Assembly (NCBI GenBank): GCA_004377185.1
Contig: SOIM01000058.1
Span: forward strand, 247 to 64,246
Reading direction: 5' to 3'
DNA length: 64,000 bases
Source of the DNA: Methanomassiliicoccales archaeon
GTDB taxonomy: Archaea; Thermoplasmatota; Thermoplasmata; RBG-16-68-12; SOIM01
Part shown: in pieces, positions 1 to 8,578 of the stretch
Position numbering within the stretch: position 1 is the first letter of the stretch
How the letters are laid out: each line of letters begins with the position of its first letter
Translations under genes and position numbers: made by a program
The notes under the pieces: model-generated
The model's input: the letters and a program-made list of their open reading frames with translations, nothing else
What the model was told of the DNA's origin: nothing
The model's database searches: none

Positions 1-2421
1 GGGTATGCGAAGGGATTGGTATACGTAGTTCAGCATGACGATGCAACTTTCGAAGTGAAGAATTTCGCAGATGTCAGAGTGAGAATCGACGATTATGTTC
101 AATTGTTGAGTCCACACCCGCTTGATATGCCCAATACCACCACTCAGGACGGAGGATTGACTCTTCTTACTATCGCTCCACACAGTGAAGTGAGTTTCAA
201 TTATGGGGATCCCGCATGGATCGAGCTACCTCCTCCCCTCTGGTGGTGCACAGAGCAGTATCAAGCGATTGAGGGTGGAGTTGCGGTGACCCTGGGTGGA
301 GAAGTGCTACCTTACGCCCTTCAGAACAAGCTCATGTTGCCAAGGGAGTTGAGACAGCAAGCGATATGGGACCACCAGTGGGACAACCCGGTCGTAGTGG
401 TCGGGAAGACACCTTTGTGGAAGGAAATCCCTGAAGACAAACCGACGAGAGTGGACGTGAAGCTGGCCGTGACCAACACTGGTTTCAAAGATGCGAATAG
501 CATACTGGTCATCGACGTCATGCCACCAGGTTACTCATACGATCCAGCCGGTTTCAGTCTGGACCCAGATAGCATACAGGTGGACGATTTCGGAAATACG
601 ACATTCAAGTGGCATATCAGCTTGGACGCGGCAATATGGAGTGACCCGGGGCTGAAGGAACCCACAGAATACGACCATGAGTTCATTACGTATGTGATGA
701 GGACACCAAAGCTCGACGAAGGTAGGTACTTCCTTCCACGAGCTTACGTTGACCAGAACAACGACGGCGTGAACGACTCATATTCCGCCAAGCCTCTCTT
801 GGAGGTCTTCCATGTGAACGACCCTCCCGTCGCCGATGCGGGCGGTCCCTATGGGGGCCAGGAAGGAACCACCTTGACACTGGATGCCAGTGGCACCTCT
901 GACCCGGACGGTGATGCCCTACAATACAGATGGGACGTTGATTCGGATGGAACATGGGATACGACCTGGTCGTCCGATCCAACACTAGATGTCGAGATGG
1001 GAGACAATGTGGTGGGGAAGGCTACGGTCGAGGTGAGTGATGGTGAAGAGACTTCAATTGCTTTCGCTAGCTATAACATCGTGAATGTGGCTCCATCGCT
1101 TGCACTTACTGTGCTTCCGTCCTCAGATGAGGGCGAGGATTTGACATTCAAGGTTCGAGCGACCGACCCAGGAAGTGACGACCTCTCGTACGGATGGTGG
1201 GGCCATTGCAACGGATGGTCGTCAGTACCAATCCTTTACCCGAATGACCCTCTGGTCGTCCCGGATCCCTATCCGAGTCTAGAGGTCAACCCACGAGATG
1301 TAACCGACACCCAGGTGGTCGTATGCGGGGATGACGGAACCTTCGAGTTTGGCGTTGAAGTGGAGGATGATGATGGAAGCTTGACCTATCTCAACGGTTC
1401 TTTCGCAATTGACAACCTTCCGCCTTCACTGACCGTATCGCCTCTTTCACTATTGCAGACGGACGAGGGTATCAGCGTTACCCTGGATGCCACGGCTAGC
1501 GACGAGGGAAGCGATGATATTGTCTTCACCTGGGATTGGGAATTGGGACCCACGATCATCAATACCTTCTACAACGATGGCGTGGGACCGGATCCGCCAG
1601 AGAGCCCTGACGGAAGCTACCCGTTCACAGCTTCGGACAGTTCAACTCACACATATGGAGATGACTGCCTCTGCAACGTCAGCCTTACAGTGGCGGATGA
1701 CGACGGAGGAGTGGTGACATACACCACGACAGTAGAGGTTCACAACATTCAACCAGCCTTGGTGAGCAGCATCCAGGCGTATGCTAGAGGAAGTCTCACA
1801 TTGCGTGTCGCGGGAGAGAAATGGCATGACGTTGAGCTGAGGCTCTACGACGGAGATGTGGGAGTGGCCGTTGCCTCTATTATGCGCATGCCAGGCAGTC
1901 CCGATGAACAAAGCGTCACACTAGAGGACGTGGTCATAGACCTTATTGAAGGGAACTTCTGGGCAGTGGTGGAGTATACACCTCTGGACGACGCAATAAA
2001 CGGTCAATGGTGGGGAGCGGATCCCGCGTGGCTCATCTTTACACCCGAGGGCGGTGGGAATGAATCTAGATTACACCATACCTTCAATGTTAGGCATCCC
2101 GAGACTTGGGTTTGGACAATAGCCAACTTCAGTGCCCTGATGGTGGGGGCTGACATAACCTTCGAGGCTTCCGCTTCAGATCCTGGCAGTGATGACCTGA
2201 CATTTGACTGGGAGTGGGGAGATGGCCCTTCCACCTCAAATATCTACTACAACGATGGAGTAGGCCCCGATATCTATCCCTCGCCGGACTTGAACCCGAT
2301 GGCGGTCACTGACGCGACCACACACAGTTTCGATCTGGCGGGAACCTACACGATCACATTGACGGTAACGGATGATGACGGCACGGCCGTATCGGTGAGC
2401 ACGGACCTACACCTAGGCTAG
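1..2421 (+). CDS. Secreted repeat protein with PKD-like C-terminal modules, 5' partial. The reading frame is open to the window start.
   Basis: An 801 aa ORF with no stop between nt 1 and 16. It has repeated DPDGD / GSDDL.F.WDWG(D)G...YYNDGVGPD modules (PKD-like) and many N-x-S/T sequons. The same C-terminal module occurs in the 22899-26027 protein. Confidence 0.6.
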   Translation, partial: GYAKGLVYVVQHDDATFEVKNFADVRVRIDDYVQLLSPHPLDMPNTTTQDGGLTLLTIAPHSEVSFNYGDPAWIELPPPLWWCTEQYQAIEGGVAVTLGGEVLPYALQNKLMLPRELRQQAIWDHQWDNPVVVVGKTPLWKEIPEDKPTRVDVKLAVTNTGFKDANSILVIDVMPPGYSYDPAGFSLDPDSIQVDDFGNTTFKWHISLDAAIWSDPGLKEPTEYDHEFITYVMRTPKLDEGRYFLPRAYVDQNNDGVNDSYSAKPLLEVFHVNDPPVADAGGPYGGQEGTTLTLDASGTSDPDGDALQYRWDVDSDGTWDTTWSSDPTLDVEMGDNVVGKATVEVSDGEETSIAFASYNIVNVAPSLALTVLPSSDEGEDLTFKVRATDPGSDDLSYGWWGHCNGWSSVPILYPNDPLVVPDPYPSLEVNPRDVTDTQVVVCGDDGTFEFGVEVEDDDGSLTYLNGSFAIDNLPPSLTVSPLSLLQTDEGISVTLDATASDEGSDDIVFTWDWELGPTIINTFYNDGVGPDPPESPDGSYPFTASDSSTHTYGDDCLCNVSLTVADDDGGVVTYTTTVEVHNIQPALVSSIQAYARGSLTLRVAGEKWHDVELRLYDGDVGVAVASIMRMPGSPDEQSVTLEDVVIDLIEGNFWAVVEYTPLDDAINGQWWGADPAWLIFTPEGGGNESRLHHTFNVRHPETWVWTIANFSALMVGADITFEASASDPGSDDLTFDWEWGDGPSTSNIYYNDGVGPDIYPSPDLNPMAVTDATTHSFDLAGTYTITLTVTDDDGTAVSVSTDLHLG

Positions 2422-2484
2422 CCACAAATCCGAAAAGACTTAAGAATCGTTTTGAATTAGCCTTAGAGGAAGCGGGGTGGAAGA

Positions 2485-2679
2485 TTGGAGTGTAACATAG
2501 AACTCAACAAAGAGAACTGCAATTGCACCTATGAACCGTGCAGCAGGAAGGGAAAGTGTTGTGAGTGTCTGAAATACCACTGGAACATGGGCGAGTTGCC
2601 GGCATGCGTTTTTCCTGACGATGTGGAGAGGACCTACGATAGGTCGATACAACGATTCATTCAGGTCTACTCAAAGTGA
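2485..2679 (+). CDS. Small cysteine-rich protein (CxC...CCxC motifs) from a conserved uncharacterised family.
   Basis: 64 aa [35 protein letters not shown]... with eight Cys in a regular pattern and no TM segment. It lies immediately upstream of the wHTH-ATPase gene. Confidence 0.45.
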   Translation: MECNIELNKENCNCTYEPCSRKGKCCECLKYHWNMGELPACVFPDDVERTYDRSIQRFIQVYSK

Positions 2680-2750
2680 GCTCATCAGAGTTCTGGAGGA
2701 CTGGTTGGGTTAACTATATATCGACATCACCCAATATATTCCCGAGACTA

Positions 2751-3968
2751 ATGGCAAAAAAGGGTGGCCGGCTCGCTGATAGAACAATCACGATTAACGA
2801 GAAAATCCTCATTCACCTGAAGGAGAGTCCCCCTCTAAGAGATTCTATGGATGCACCATATGCTCTGACCCAGCATGGGATCTCAGAGAATGTGGGGATC
2901 AGGATCAATCATGTGTCCAGGGCAATGAAGGCTCTTAGGAAGGACGGTTTTGTGGAGGAGGTTTCAGCAAGAGTGAGGGGAGAGGTCAGAAAGAGAAAGG
3001 GCTACACGCTCACGGACAGCGGGCTTTCCAAATCCGAAAAGCTCAAGAAGAAAGTGGCCTCCAAGATAGTCCTGTTGAGGAAGGATGGGGTTGACAAAGA
3101 GCTCCCGGTCGATGAAGCACTGGAAGAGATGGGAAATGCTACCACGACCGCCCTTTTGAGAATGGTGGATTCTGAAGGGGTTGTCGATGTCTCGGAGGAA
3201 GAGAAAGAGGAGAAGCTCGTAGCATTCTCCAAAGGACTGCCGAAGGAAGAGCCCTTCTTTGGAAGAAGGGGGGAACTGGCGGTTCTGGAAGAATGGCTCG
3301 AGTCCCGGAAGGAGAAGATACTCTCCCTTGCAGGCAGCAGAGGCATGGGAAAGACCTCCCTAGCGCTGCGTGCGTATCACGAATGGATACCGAAAAGGAA
3401 CACCTTTTGGTTCTCCTTTCAAGAGTGGGAGACCGGGGCGAGTTTCCTCGAAGCATTGTCCTACTTCTTCAAGGATATGGGAAAAGTCCACCTGACAAAC
3501 CACATGAAACCCGGCAAAAAGATCGATCTGTGGGAGGTCTCGGGCAGTGTGGAAAGGGATCTAGGTGAGGGCAAGAATGTGCTGATCCTGGACGAATATC
3601 CGAGTAGGGGTAAGGAAACGGAAACCCTCCTGTCGATCATCATGGAGGCGGTAGCCAGAGCTGAGAACACCAAGATGCTCATCACCCAATCCGCTCGATC
3701 GGTTCCAAACCAGCGGGAGTACCTCGCAAGAGGAGTACTGGCAGAAATGGACCTACTGGGCCTGGACAAGAAAAGCTGCGAGCAGCTCCTTTCGAGAAAG
3801 ATAAGCTCCTCAGAGTTCGACAAGATCTACCGCCTGACCGAGGGGAATCCGCTTCACGTGAAGTTGATGGAAGCGGGCAAAGTGGAGGAGCTGATAGACA
3901 CCAAGGACTATACACCTGAGGAACTGGCCCTCCTAAAATACATGAAGATCATCAAAGGAACTAAATGA
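2751..3968 (+). CDS. Winged-helix DNA-binding domain fused to an archaeal-type P-loop ATPase (Arch_ATPase/AAA family).
   Basis: Walker A motif LAGSRGMGKTSLA and a Walker B-like LILDEY. The N-terminal ~90 aa look like a wHTH (TITINEKILIHLKE...GYTLTDSG). Start placed at internal MAKKGG, M26 of the 2676 ORF. Confidence 0.7.
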   Translation: MAKKGGRLADRTITINEKILIHLKESPPLRDSMDAPYALTQHGISENVGIRINHVSRAMKALRKDGFVEEVSARVRGEVRKRKGYTLTDSGLSKSEKLKKKVASKIVLLRKDGVDKELPVDEALEEMGNATTTALLRMVDSEGVVDVSEEEKEEKLVAFSKGLPKEEPFFGRRGELAVLEEWLESRKEKILSLAGSRGMGKTSLALRAYHEWIPKRNTFWFSFQEWETGASFLEALSYFFKDMGKVHLTNHMKPGKKIDLWEVSGSVERDLGEGKNVLILDEYPSRGKETETLLSIIMEAVARAENTKMLITQSARSVPNQREYLARGVLAEMDLLGLDKKSCEQLLSRKISSSEFDKIYRLTEGNPLHVKLMEAGKVEELIDTKDYTPEELALLKYMKIIKGTK

Positions 3969-4671
3969 CCCTCGCGACCTGGAAATGATTATCCTTATAC
4001 TCGAGCGTGAAGTAGCCAGTGTCGTGATCCACGCCCCTCATCTTCACGCACCGGATCCTTCTGTACACGTCCGTGTCTCCCACCCTGTCCATGGTCAGGT
4101 ACAGGATGCCGTCTGCCAAGTAATCCTCGTCATAGACAATGTTCTGATCGGGGGAGACCTCAGATATCACAAAGGTGGTCACGCCCAGGGCCTTCAGCCA
4201 ACCGAAAAAGTGGAACATCTCCGTTCTCCGGTTCTTCAGATTGGAGATCGTCTCCAGGACCGGGAGCGAATCTATCACGAGAAGTTCGTAGCCCAGATCC
4301 TCCCTCAGGTCAACGAGGTGTTTCTTTATTATCTCCATCCAGTGGGAACCTTCTTCCATGGACTCCGACATGTCTCCCATCTGTTTGATGCCCTTCCTGA
4401 TCTTGGAGAAGTCTTGTATGGTCAGACTCCCTTCAACCTCTGCCGGATCCATCCCAAGCTGTCCCATGTGAAACTCTATGCTCTTTCTGTCTTGCTCAAG
4501 GGTCACGTACAGGCTCCGAACTCCGTCATTCTTGGCATGATTGTACAGTATGTTGTAGGCCAGACTGGACTTCATGGTGCCAGGAGGCCCGGAGATGAGA
4601 ACCACATGTCCCTCTGGTACCCCTTTGATTTCCTGGTCAAAACCCTCCACATAGAGCTTGTAGAGCTTCAT
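3961..4671 (-). CDS. KaiC/RadA-like RecA-superfamily ATPase (single KaiC domain, COG0467 type).
   Basis: Walker A motif VVLISGPPGTMKSSLAYN and Walker B LLVIDSL. The length and motifs fit archaeal KaiC-domain proteins. Start placed at internal MKLYKLYVEGF. The gene is convergent with the ATPase above. Confidence 0.75.
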   Translation of the reverse strand: MKLYKLYVEGFDQEIKGVPEGHVVLISGPPGTMKSSLAYNILYNHAKNDGVRSLYVTLEQDRKSIEFHMGQLGMDPAEVEGSLTIQDFSKIRKGIKQMGDMSESMEEGSHWMEIIKKHLVDLREDLGYELLVIDSLPVLETISNLKNRRTEMFHFFGWLKALGVTTFVISEVSPDQNIVYDEDYLADGILYLTMDRVGDTDVYRRIRCVKMRGVDHDTGYFTLEYKDNHFQVARVI

Positions 4672-5149
4672 CAGCGTTCGAGTAGGACGGTCGGTATAAA
4701 AAGGTTTTTGGATTATTCTCATCGACCAGTGTCAGGTGTTTGGCACAGTTGCGCAGAACCGTGTGACCTTCTGCTGTCAGCGTTACCGACCTTCTGCTGT
4801 CGTCGTTCAGTTTTGTTGTTACTGTGTATTGGGCTACGTCTAGGGCTTCCACGTTGACGTCCGTCCATGCCCTCTTGAGGCATGGGTAGGGAATGAAGAG
4901 GGCGAAGCAGAGTCCCCAGTGGTCGTGCTTCTTTATCTTCACGTTGAGTATTACCGGTGGGCTGTTCTCCCTTATGAAGGGGTTGAACTGGCTGTCCATC
5001 ATGGACTGGTTGTTTCCGTAGATTGCCACGTAGTCCTGTACCGAGTCGGTCTTGGAGTTGACCGGGTCCATCTCGTCTATGTCCGTTATTCCGTCCTCGT
5101 CTATGTCGGCATTTGGTAGATGGTATACAAGGGGGTGAACACCTACCAC
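4637..5149 (-). CDS. Hypothetical protein with an acidic Ca-binding-like DxDxDG stretch.
   Basis: 170 aa ORF with a DIDEDGITDIDEMD motif resembling thrombospondin-type3 or dockerin calcium sites. It has no signal peptide, and its 3' end overlaps the KaiC-like gene start by about 35 nt. Weak call. Confidence 0.25.
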   Translation of the reverse strand: MVGVHPLVYHLPNADIDEDGITDIDEMDPVNSKTDSVQDYVAIYGNNQSMMDSQFNPFIRENSPPVILNVKIKKHDHWGLCFALFIPYPCLKRAWTDVNVEALDVAQYTVTTKLNDDSRRSVTLTAEGHTVLRNCAKHLTLVDENNPKTFLYRPSYSNADEALQALCGGF

Positions 5150-5416
5150 AGTTCATATACCCGCAAATCAATAATTACAAAGAACCTCTAGGAGAAGGGG
5201 GAGGTTGCCTGTAAGGGCAAAAGAGGAGGGGAGTAAGAGCGAGCTGAAGCCTGGTCCCACAAGGACAGGCTTCCACCCAATTTTCATCGTGCTTTTTTCG
5301 AAACCCTTATGTTCTGCATCTTGTTTTATTGCGACTACCCGGAGTGAGGAGGCAGAAGTATAGAGGGAAAGAAGGTCAGGCTGCGACCGCTGGAGAGGAC
5401 CCACCTGCCACAATCG

Positions 5417-5899
5417 GTGGAGTGGCTCAACGATTCCGAGATTATGAGGCTACTCGGGAGAAGGTCTCCGCTATCAATGGCGGAAGAGGAGAAGTGGTAC
5501 GAGGAGTATCTGAAGGCTGGGAAGAGCAAGATATTCGCAATAATCTCGAAGGATGGCACCCACATCGGAAATATCGGCATCCACAACACCGACCACGTGA
5601 ACAGAAGGGCAACGCTTGGGATCATAATCGGTCAAAAGAGCTTGTGGGGCAAGGGATACGGTTCGGATGCCATAACGACCGCACTGAGATACGCCTTCAA
5701 AGACCTGGGGCTCCACAAAGTGTCCCTCAAGGTCTTCAGTAACAACGTGAGGGCTGTGAGCTCGTACGAGAAGTGTGGCTTCAAGAAGGAAGGCGTGGAG
5801 AGGGAGCAGGTCTTCAAGGATGGGAAGTTCCAAGATCTACTGGTCATGTCCACACTGGACCGGGAATTCGATGAACTGGTGAAGAAAGGGGTGGAATAG
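5417..5899 (+). CDS. GNAT family N-acetyltransferase (RimJ/RimL-like).
   Basis: GNAT acetyl-CoA-binding core (IGQKSLWGKGYGSDAITTALRYAFKDLGLHKVSLKVFSNNVRAVSSYEKCGF). The N-terminal RLRPLE..L..W motif is encoded upstream of the first ATG/GTG/TTG in frame (see findings). Confidence 0.8.
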   Translation: MEWLNDSEIMRLLGRRSPLSMAEEEKWYEEYLKAGKSKIFAIISKDGTHIGNIGIHNTDHVNRRATLGIIIGQKSLWGKGYGSDAITTALRYAFKDLGLHKVSLKVFSNNVRAVSSYEKCGFKKEGVEREQVFKDGKFQDLLVMSTLDREFDELVKKGVE

Positions 5900-5941
5900 G
5901 CCCCACAAAAAGGCTATAGGCGATTTCACCTTTCCATACTC

Positions 5942-6436
5942 ATGCAAAAAATCACAATCAGGCTCAAGCGTCCGCCGGACGGCATCGAGAACTGGGAACA
6001 GGAGTTGCTTCTCGATTCTCCCGACCTCATCGTGTCCGAGTTTCATTTCACTGACCTTGAACAGCCCACGGTATTGGATGGCGAGACCATAGCAGAGAAT
6101 GGGTACCGTTGCATCGTGTTTGAGTTCACCAGAGAATGGTATGAGGTTCTCAAGATCTGGAACAAGGAAGGTAGGCTGACCGGTTATTATTGCAACATCA
6201 ACACCCTGCCCGAGAGATTCGAAGGCGGATACACGATAACGGATCTGTTCCTTGACCTCTGGGTCTTTCCTGACCTGAGGTACAGGGTTTTGGATGAAGA
6301 TGAGTTCAAGACCGCAATCGCAGAAGGGTGGATAAGTAAGGAAATGGCGGAAAATGCTCAGAAGATTCTGGCTCAGTTGTTGGAAAGGGTCGAGAAGGGT
6401 GAGTTCCCTCCTGATGTCGTCAAAGAATACGATTGA
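5942..6436 (+). CDS. DUF402 (FomD/Ntdp-like nucleoside phosphatase fold) family protein.
   Basis: Contains the DUF402-like motif GYYCNINTLPE...TITDLFLDLWVFPD...VLDEDEF...A...G.IS typical of this family. Confidence 0.65.
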   Translation: MQKITIRLKRPPDGIENWEQELLLDSPDLIVSEFHFTDLEQPTVLDGETIAENGYRCIVFEFTREWYEVLKIWNKEGRLTGYYCNINTLPERFEGGYTITDLFLDLWVFPDLRYRVLDEDEFKTAIAEGWISKEMAENAQKILAQLLERVEKGEFPPDVVKEYD

Positions 6437-6439
6437 GCA

Positions 6440-7552
6440 TCAGATCTCTATGAGTTCCCTATCTGCCGTGGTCAACAGCTCGTAACCATCTTTCTTCACG
6501 ACTATGTCGTCCTCTATTCTCACTCCGCCGTAGCCGGGGATGTACACACCGGGTTCGATGGTGAAGACCATGTTCCTCTTCAGTATTAGATCAACACCTG
6601 GACCCAGGCCTGCTCCGTCATGCGCCGCAAGACCTATGCTGTGCCCCAGGCCGTGAGTGAAACGTCCCTTGAACTTGGTCCTGTTTATGTATTTGCTGGC
6701 CGCCTCATGCACGACCTTCCCCTTCTGGCCTTCTTTCAACTTGGCGAAAGACTTCATCTGGGCTTTTCTCACCGTCTCGTACATGGCCTTCTGCTTCTTC
6801 GTGGCCTTACCTACGACAAATGTCCTGGTTAGGTCGGATCCGTATTTCTTGTACAACGCACCGAAGTCCAGGAGGACAAAATCTCCTCTCTTTATCTTCC
6901 TGTCGCCTACCGAATAGTGGGGCTCGGCCGTGTTGGGTCCGGATGATGCTATGGTATCGAAGAACGGGCCAGTTGCGCCTTTCTTGGCCATCAGATAGTT
7001 CAGCTCCGACCCGATCTCATATTCCCTCACGCCAATGTCAATGAAAGGAATGATCTCTTTCACCACCTCTGATGCGATCCTCCCAGCCTTGGACAGCAGT
7101 TTCAGCTCCTTCGAATCCTTCACCAATCGAGCCTTCATGATCGCCTCGGAAACGTCAATCAGTTCCGCCTTAGGAGCCTTCTTCTGTATGTCAACAAAGC
7201 TGCGATGGGTCATCTCGGCTCCATTGACCCCGATCTTCTTCGAGCCTCTGAGGAACCTCTTCATCTTCTTCTCCCGCTCCTCCCTGCTCTTCATGATTGC
7301 CACGGGCAAGCCGGAGCCTTTGGCGGTTTCCGCCTCAAGGAGGGAGGTCAATATCTGGACCGAACCGTCAGGGCGCAAGAACGCGGTCGAACCTTCCATA
7401 ACACCCTGGGTCAGGCCTGTCACATAGAAGAAAGAGCGGTCAACGTAGGGCTCGGTGGCCGTTTGTATTACAATGATGTCAACCTTGTCCTTCACGTTCC
7501 TGAATATCCTCTTGATCCTTCCTTTCATTTGAATCGGTTCCAAATCCGCCAC
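6440..7552 (-). CDS. M24 family Xaa-Pro aminopeptidase/dipeptidase.
   Basis: Pita-bread fold motifs FVLLDFGALYKKYGSDLTRTF, HGLGHSIGLAAHDG and VFTIEPGVYIPGYGGVRIEDDI. Confidence 0.85.
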   Translation of the reverse strand: MADLEPIQMKGRIKRIFRNVKDKVDIIVIQTATEPYVDRSFFYVTGLTQGVMEGSTAFLRPDGSVQILTSLLEAETAKGSGLPVAIMKSREEREKKMKRFLRGSKKIGVNGAEMTHRSFVDIQKKAPKAELIDVSEAIMKARLVKDSKELKLLSKAGRIASEVVKEIIPFIDIGVREYEIGSELNYLMAKKGATGPFFDTIASSGPNTAEPHYSVGDRKIKRGDFVLLDFGALYKKYGSDLTRTFVVGKATKKQKAMYETVRKAQMKSFAKLKEGQKGKVVHEAASKYINRTKFKGRFTHGLGHSIGLAAHDGAGLGPGVDLILKRNMVFTIEPGVYIPGYGGVRIEDDIVVKKDGYELLTTADRELIEI

Positions 7553-7620
7553 AGATAGTTAAAGATTCTGGACGGTGCCATCAACAAACATTATTAGTGG
7601 GTAGCCGATAGCAGTGAGGA

Positions 7621-7968
7621 ATGGTCAGGAGAAAGAGAGGGGAGGAAAGGAAGATAGCGACGGAAAGGATCAACGTTCTCTTCAGCCTGGCCGAGAAGTA
7701 TGCACTGGAAGGGAAGGAACAACGCGCTAACAGGTACGCACAGTTGGCCTGGAGGATCGGCATGAGGTACAACGTGTCTGTGCCCGGATATCTGAAGAAG
7801 AGATACTGCAGGGGATGCCGCACTTATCTTCGGCCAGGTATTAACAGCAGGGTCCGTTTGACGGGGGACAGGATCACGATTACGTGCAAGACTTGTGGCA
7901 GGTTCTACCGCTTCCCTTTCTTGAGGGAGAGGAGAGCTAGGCCTCGTAGTACTTGCGGAAGCGTGTGA
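7621..7968 (+). CDS. rnp4: RNase P protein component 4 (Rpr2/RPP21).
   Basis: N-terminal helices ATERINVLFSLAEKYALEG...RYAQLAWRI, then a zinc ribbon CRGCRTYLRPGINSRVRL...ITCKTCG. ATG start confirmed at 7621. Confidence 0.8.
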   Translation: MVRRKRGEERKIATERINVLFSLAEKYALEGKEQRANRYAQLAWRIGMRYNVSVPGYLKKRYCRGCRTYLRPGINSRVRLTGDRITITCKTCGRFYRFPFLRERRARPRSTCGSV

Positions 7969-8128
7969 CGTATCCAGCGATCCTATTTCTCATCCGATGT
8001 GTTTTCACGTCCGTAAGCTCTTGGACTTTTTGCTTGTTGTGTTCAAAGTCGTCCGTGAATTCCTCAGGGAACCTTTTCACTAGTTCGATCGCTACCCGTT
8101 TGATGTACGTCGGTCTTACGCTTCCCAC
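7937..8128 (-). CDS. rps17e: 30S ribosomal protein eS17 (S17e).
   Basis: Reads GSVRPTYIKRVAIELVKRFPEEFTDDFEHNKQKVQELTDVKTHRMRNRIAGYVTR. The track ORF (to 8257) is over-extended. A GTG at 8126-8128 gives a ~63 aa product matching the family length. Convergent with rnp4 and overlaps its end. Confidence 0.85.
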   Translation of the reverse strand: MGSVRPTYIKRVAIELVKRFPEEFTDDFEHNKQKVQELTDVKTHRMRNRIAGYVTRFRKYYEA

Positions 8129-8410
8129 ATTTATCGCTCCATATAGGATGTCGCAAAGCCAACAGAATACGAGTGATATTAATAAAGGTTGCCATTGCTG
8201 GTCATTGTCTGAACAGAACACATTTTTTCCTACTGCGGACTTTGCGGAGAGCTCCAATAAGAAGTCCCGAATCCCCTTCCGAGGTAATTTGTGCTAATTC
8301 CGGCACTGGGAACCATAACCTTCAAATATAAGACCCTTTATTCGGGAAAATTGCGGAGATAGAAGGAGACCAATTCCTTCCTCCGCCAGACCTATGAGTG
8401 GGAGAGCACT

Positions 8411-8578
8411 ATGGAAGAGTCTTTGTGCCACATTGAGTTCTTGAAAAAAGCTTCAACATATCTCGCAAGAGTGCAGAGCGAGCTGGGGGGACTGAGGGAG
8501 TATCGCAGCAGTACGTTCGAAGAAGTGCTGGAACAGGTGATAATCGACCTGCAGGAGGAGTTTGAGTCCACTGGGTGA
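8411..8578 (+). CDS. Small hypothetical protein (55 aa, helical).
   Basis: ATG at 8411 gives MEESLCHIEFLKKASTYLARVQSELGGLREYRSSTFEEVLEQVIIDLQEEFESTG. Its stop TGA shares the sequence TGATCA with the stop of the convergent M29 peptidase. Not in the ORF track (<60 aa). Confidence 0.3.
   Translation: MEESLCHIEFLKKASTYLARVQSELGGLREYRSSTFEEVLEQVIIDLQEEFESTG

Noticed and set aside
3985-4857. 290 aa plus-strand ORF.
   Set aside because: It lies antisense over the KaiC-like gene, has a His/Val/Leu/Arg-rich low-complexity composition, and has no motifs. It is a shadow ORF.
4719-5171. 150 aa minus-strand ORF rich in Arg and Gly (RHRRGRNNGHRRDGPGQ...).
   Set aside because: The composition is typical of an out-of-frame translation of GC-rich coding sequence. 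It overlaps the alternative 4637-5149 ORF, which looks more protein-like.
7937-8257. Full 106 aa extent of the eS17 ORF (N-terminal 43 residues MELSAKSAVGKNVFCSDNDQQW...).
   Set aside because: The N-terminal extension has no eS17 similarity. The family N-terminus (GxVRxxxIKR) begins at an internal GTG, and the extension would overlap the upstream intergenic region. It was trimmed to 7937-8128.
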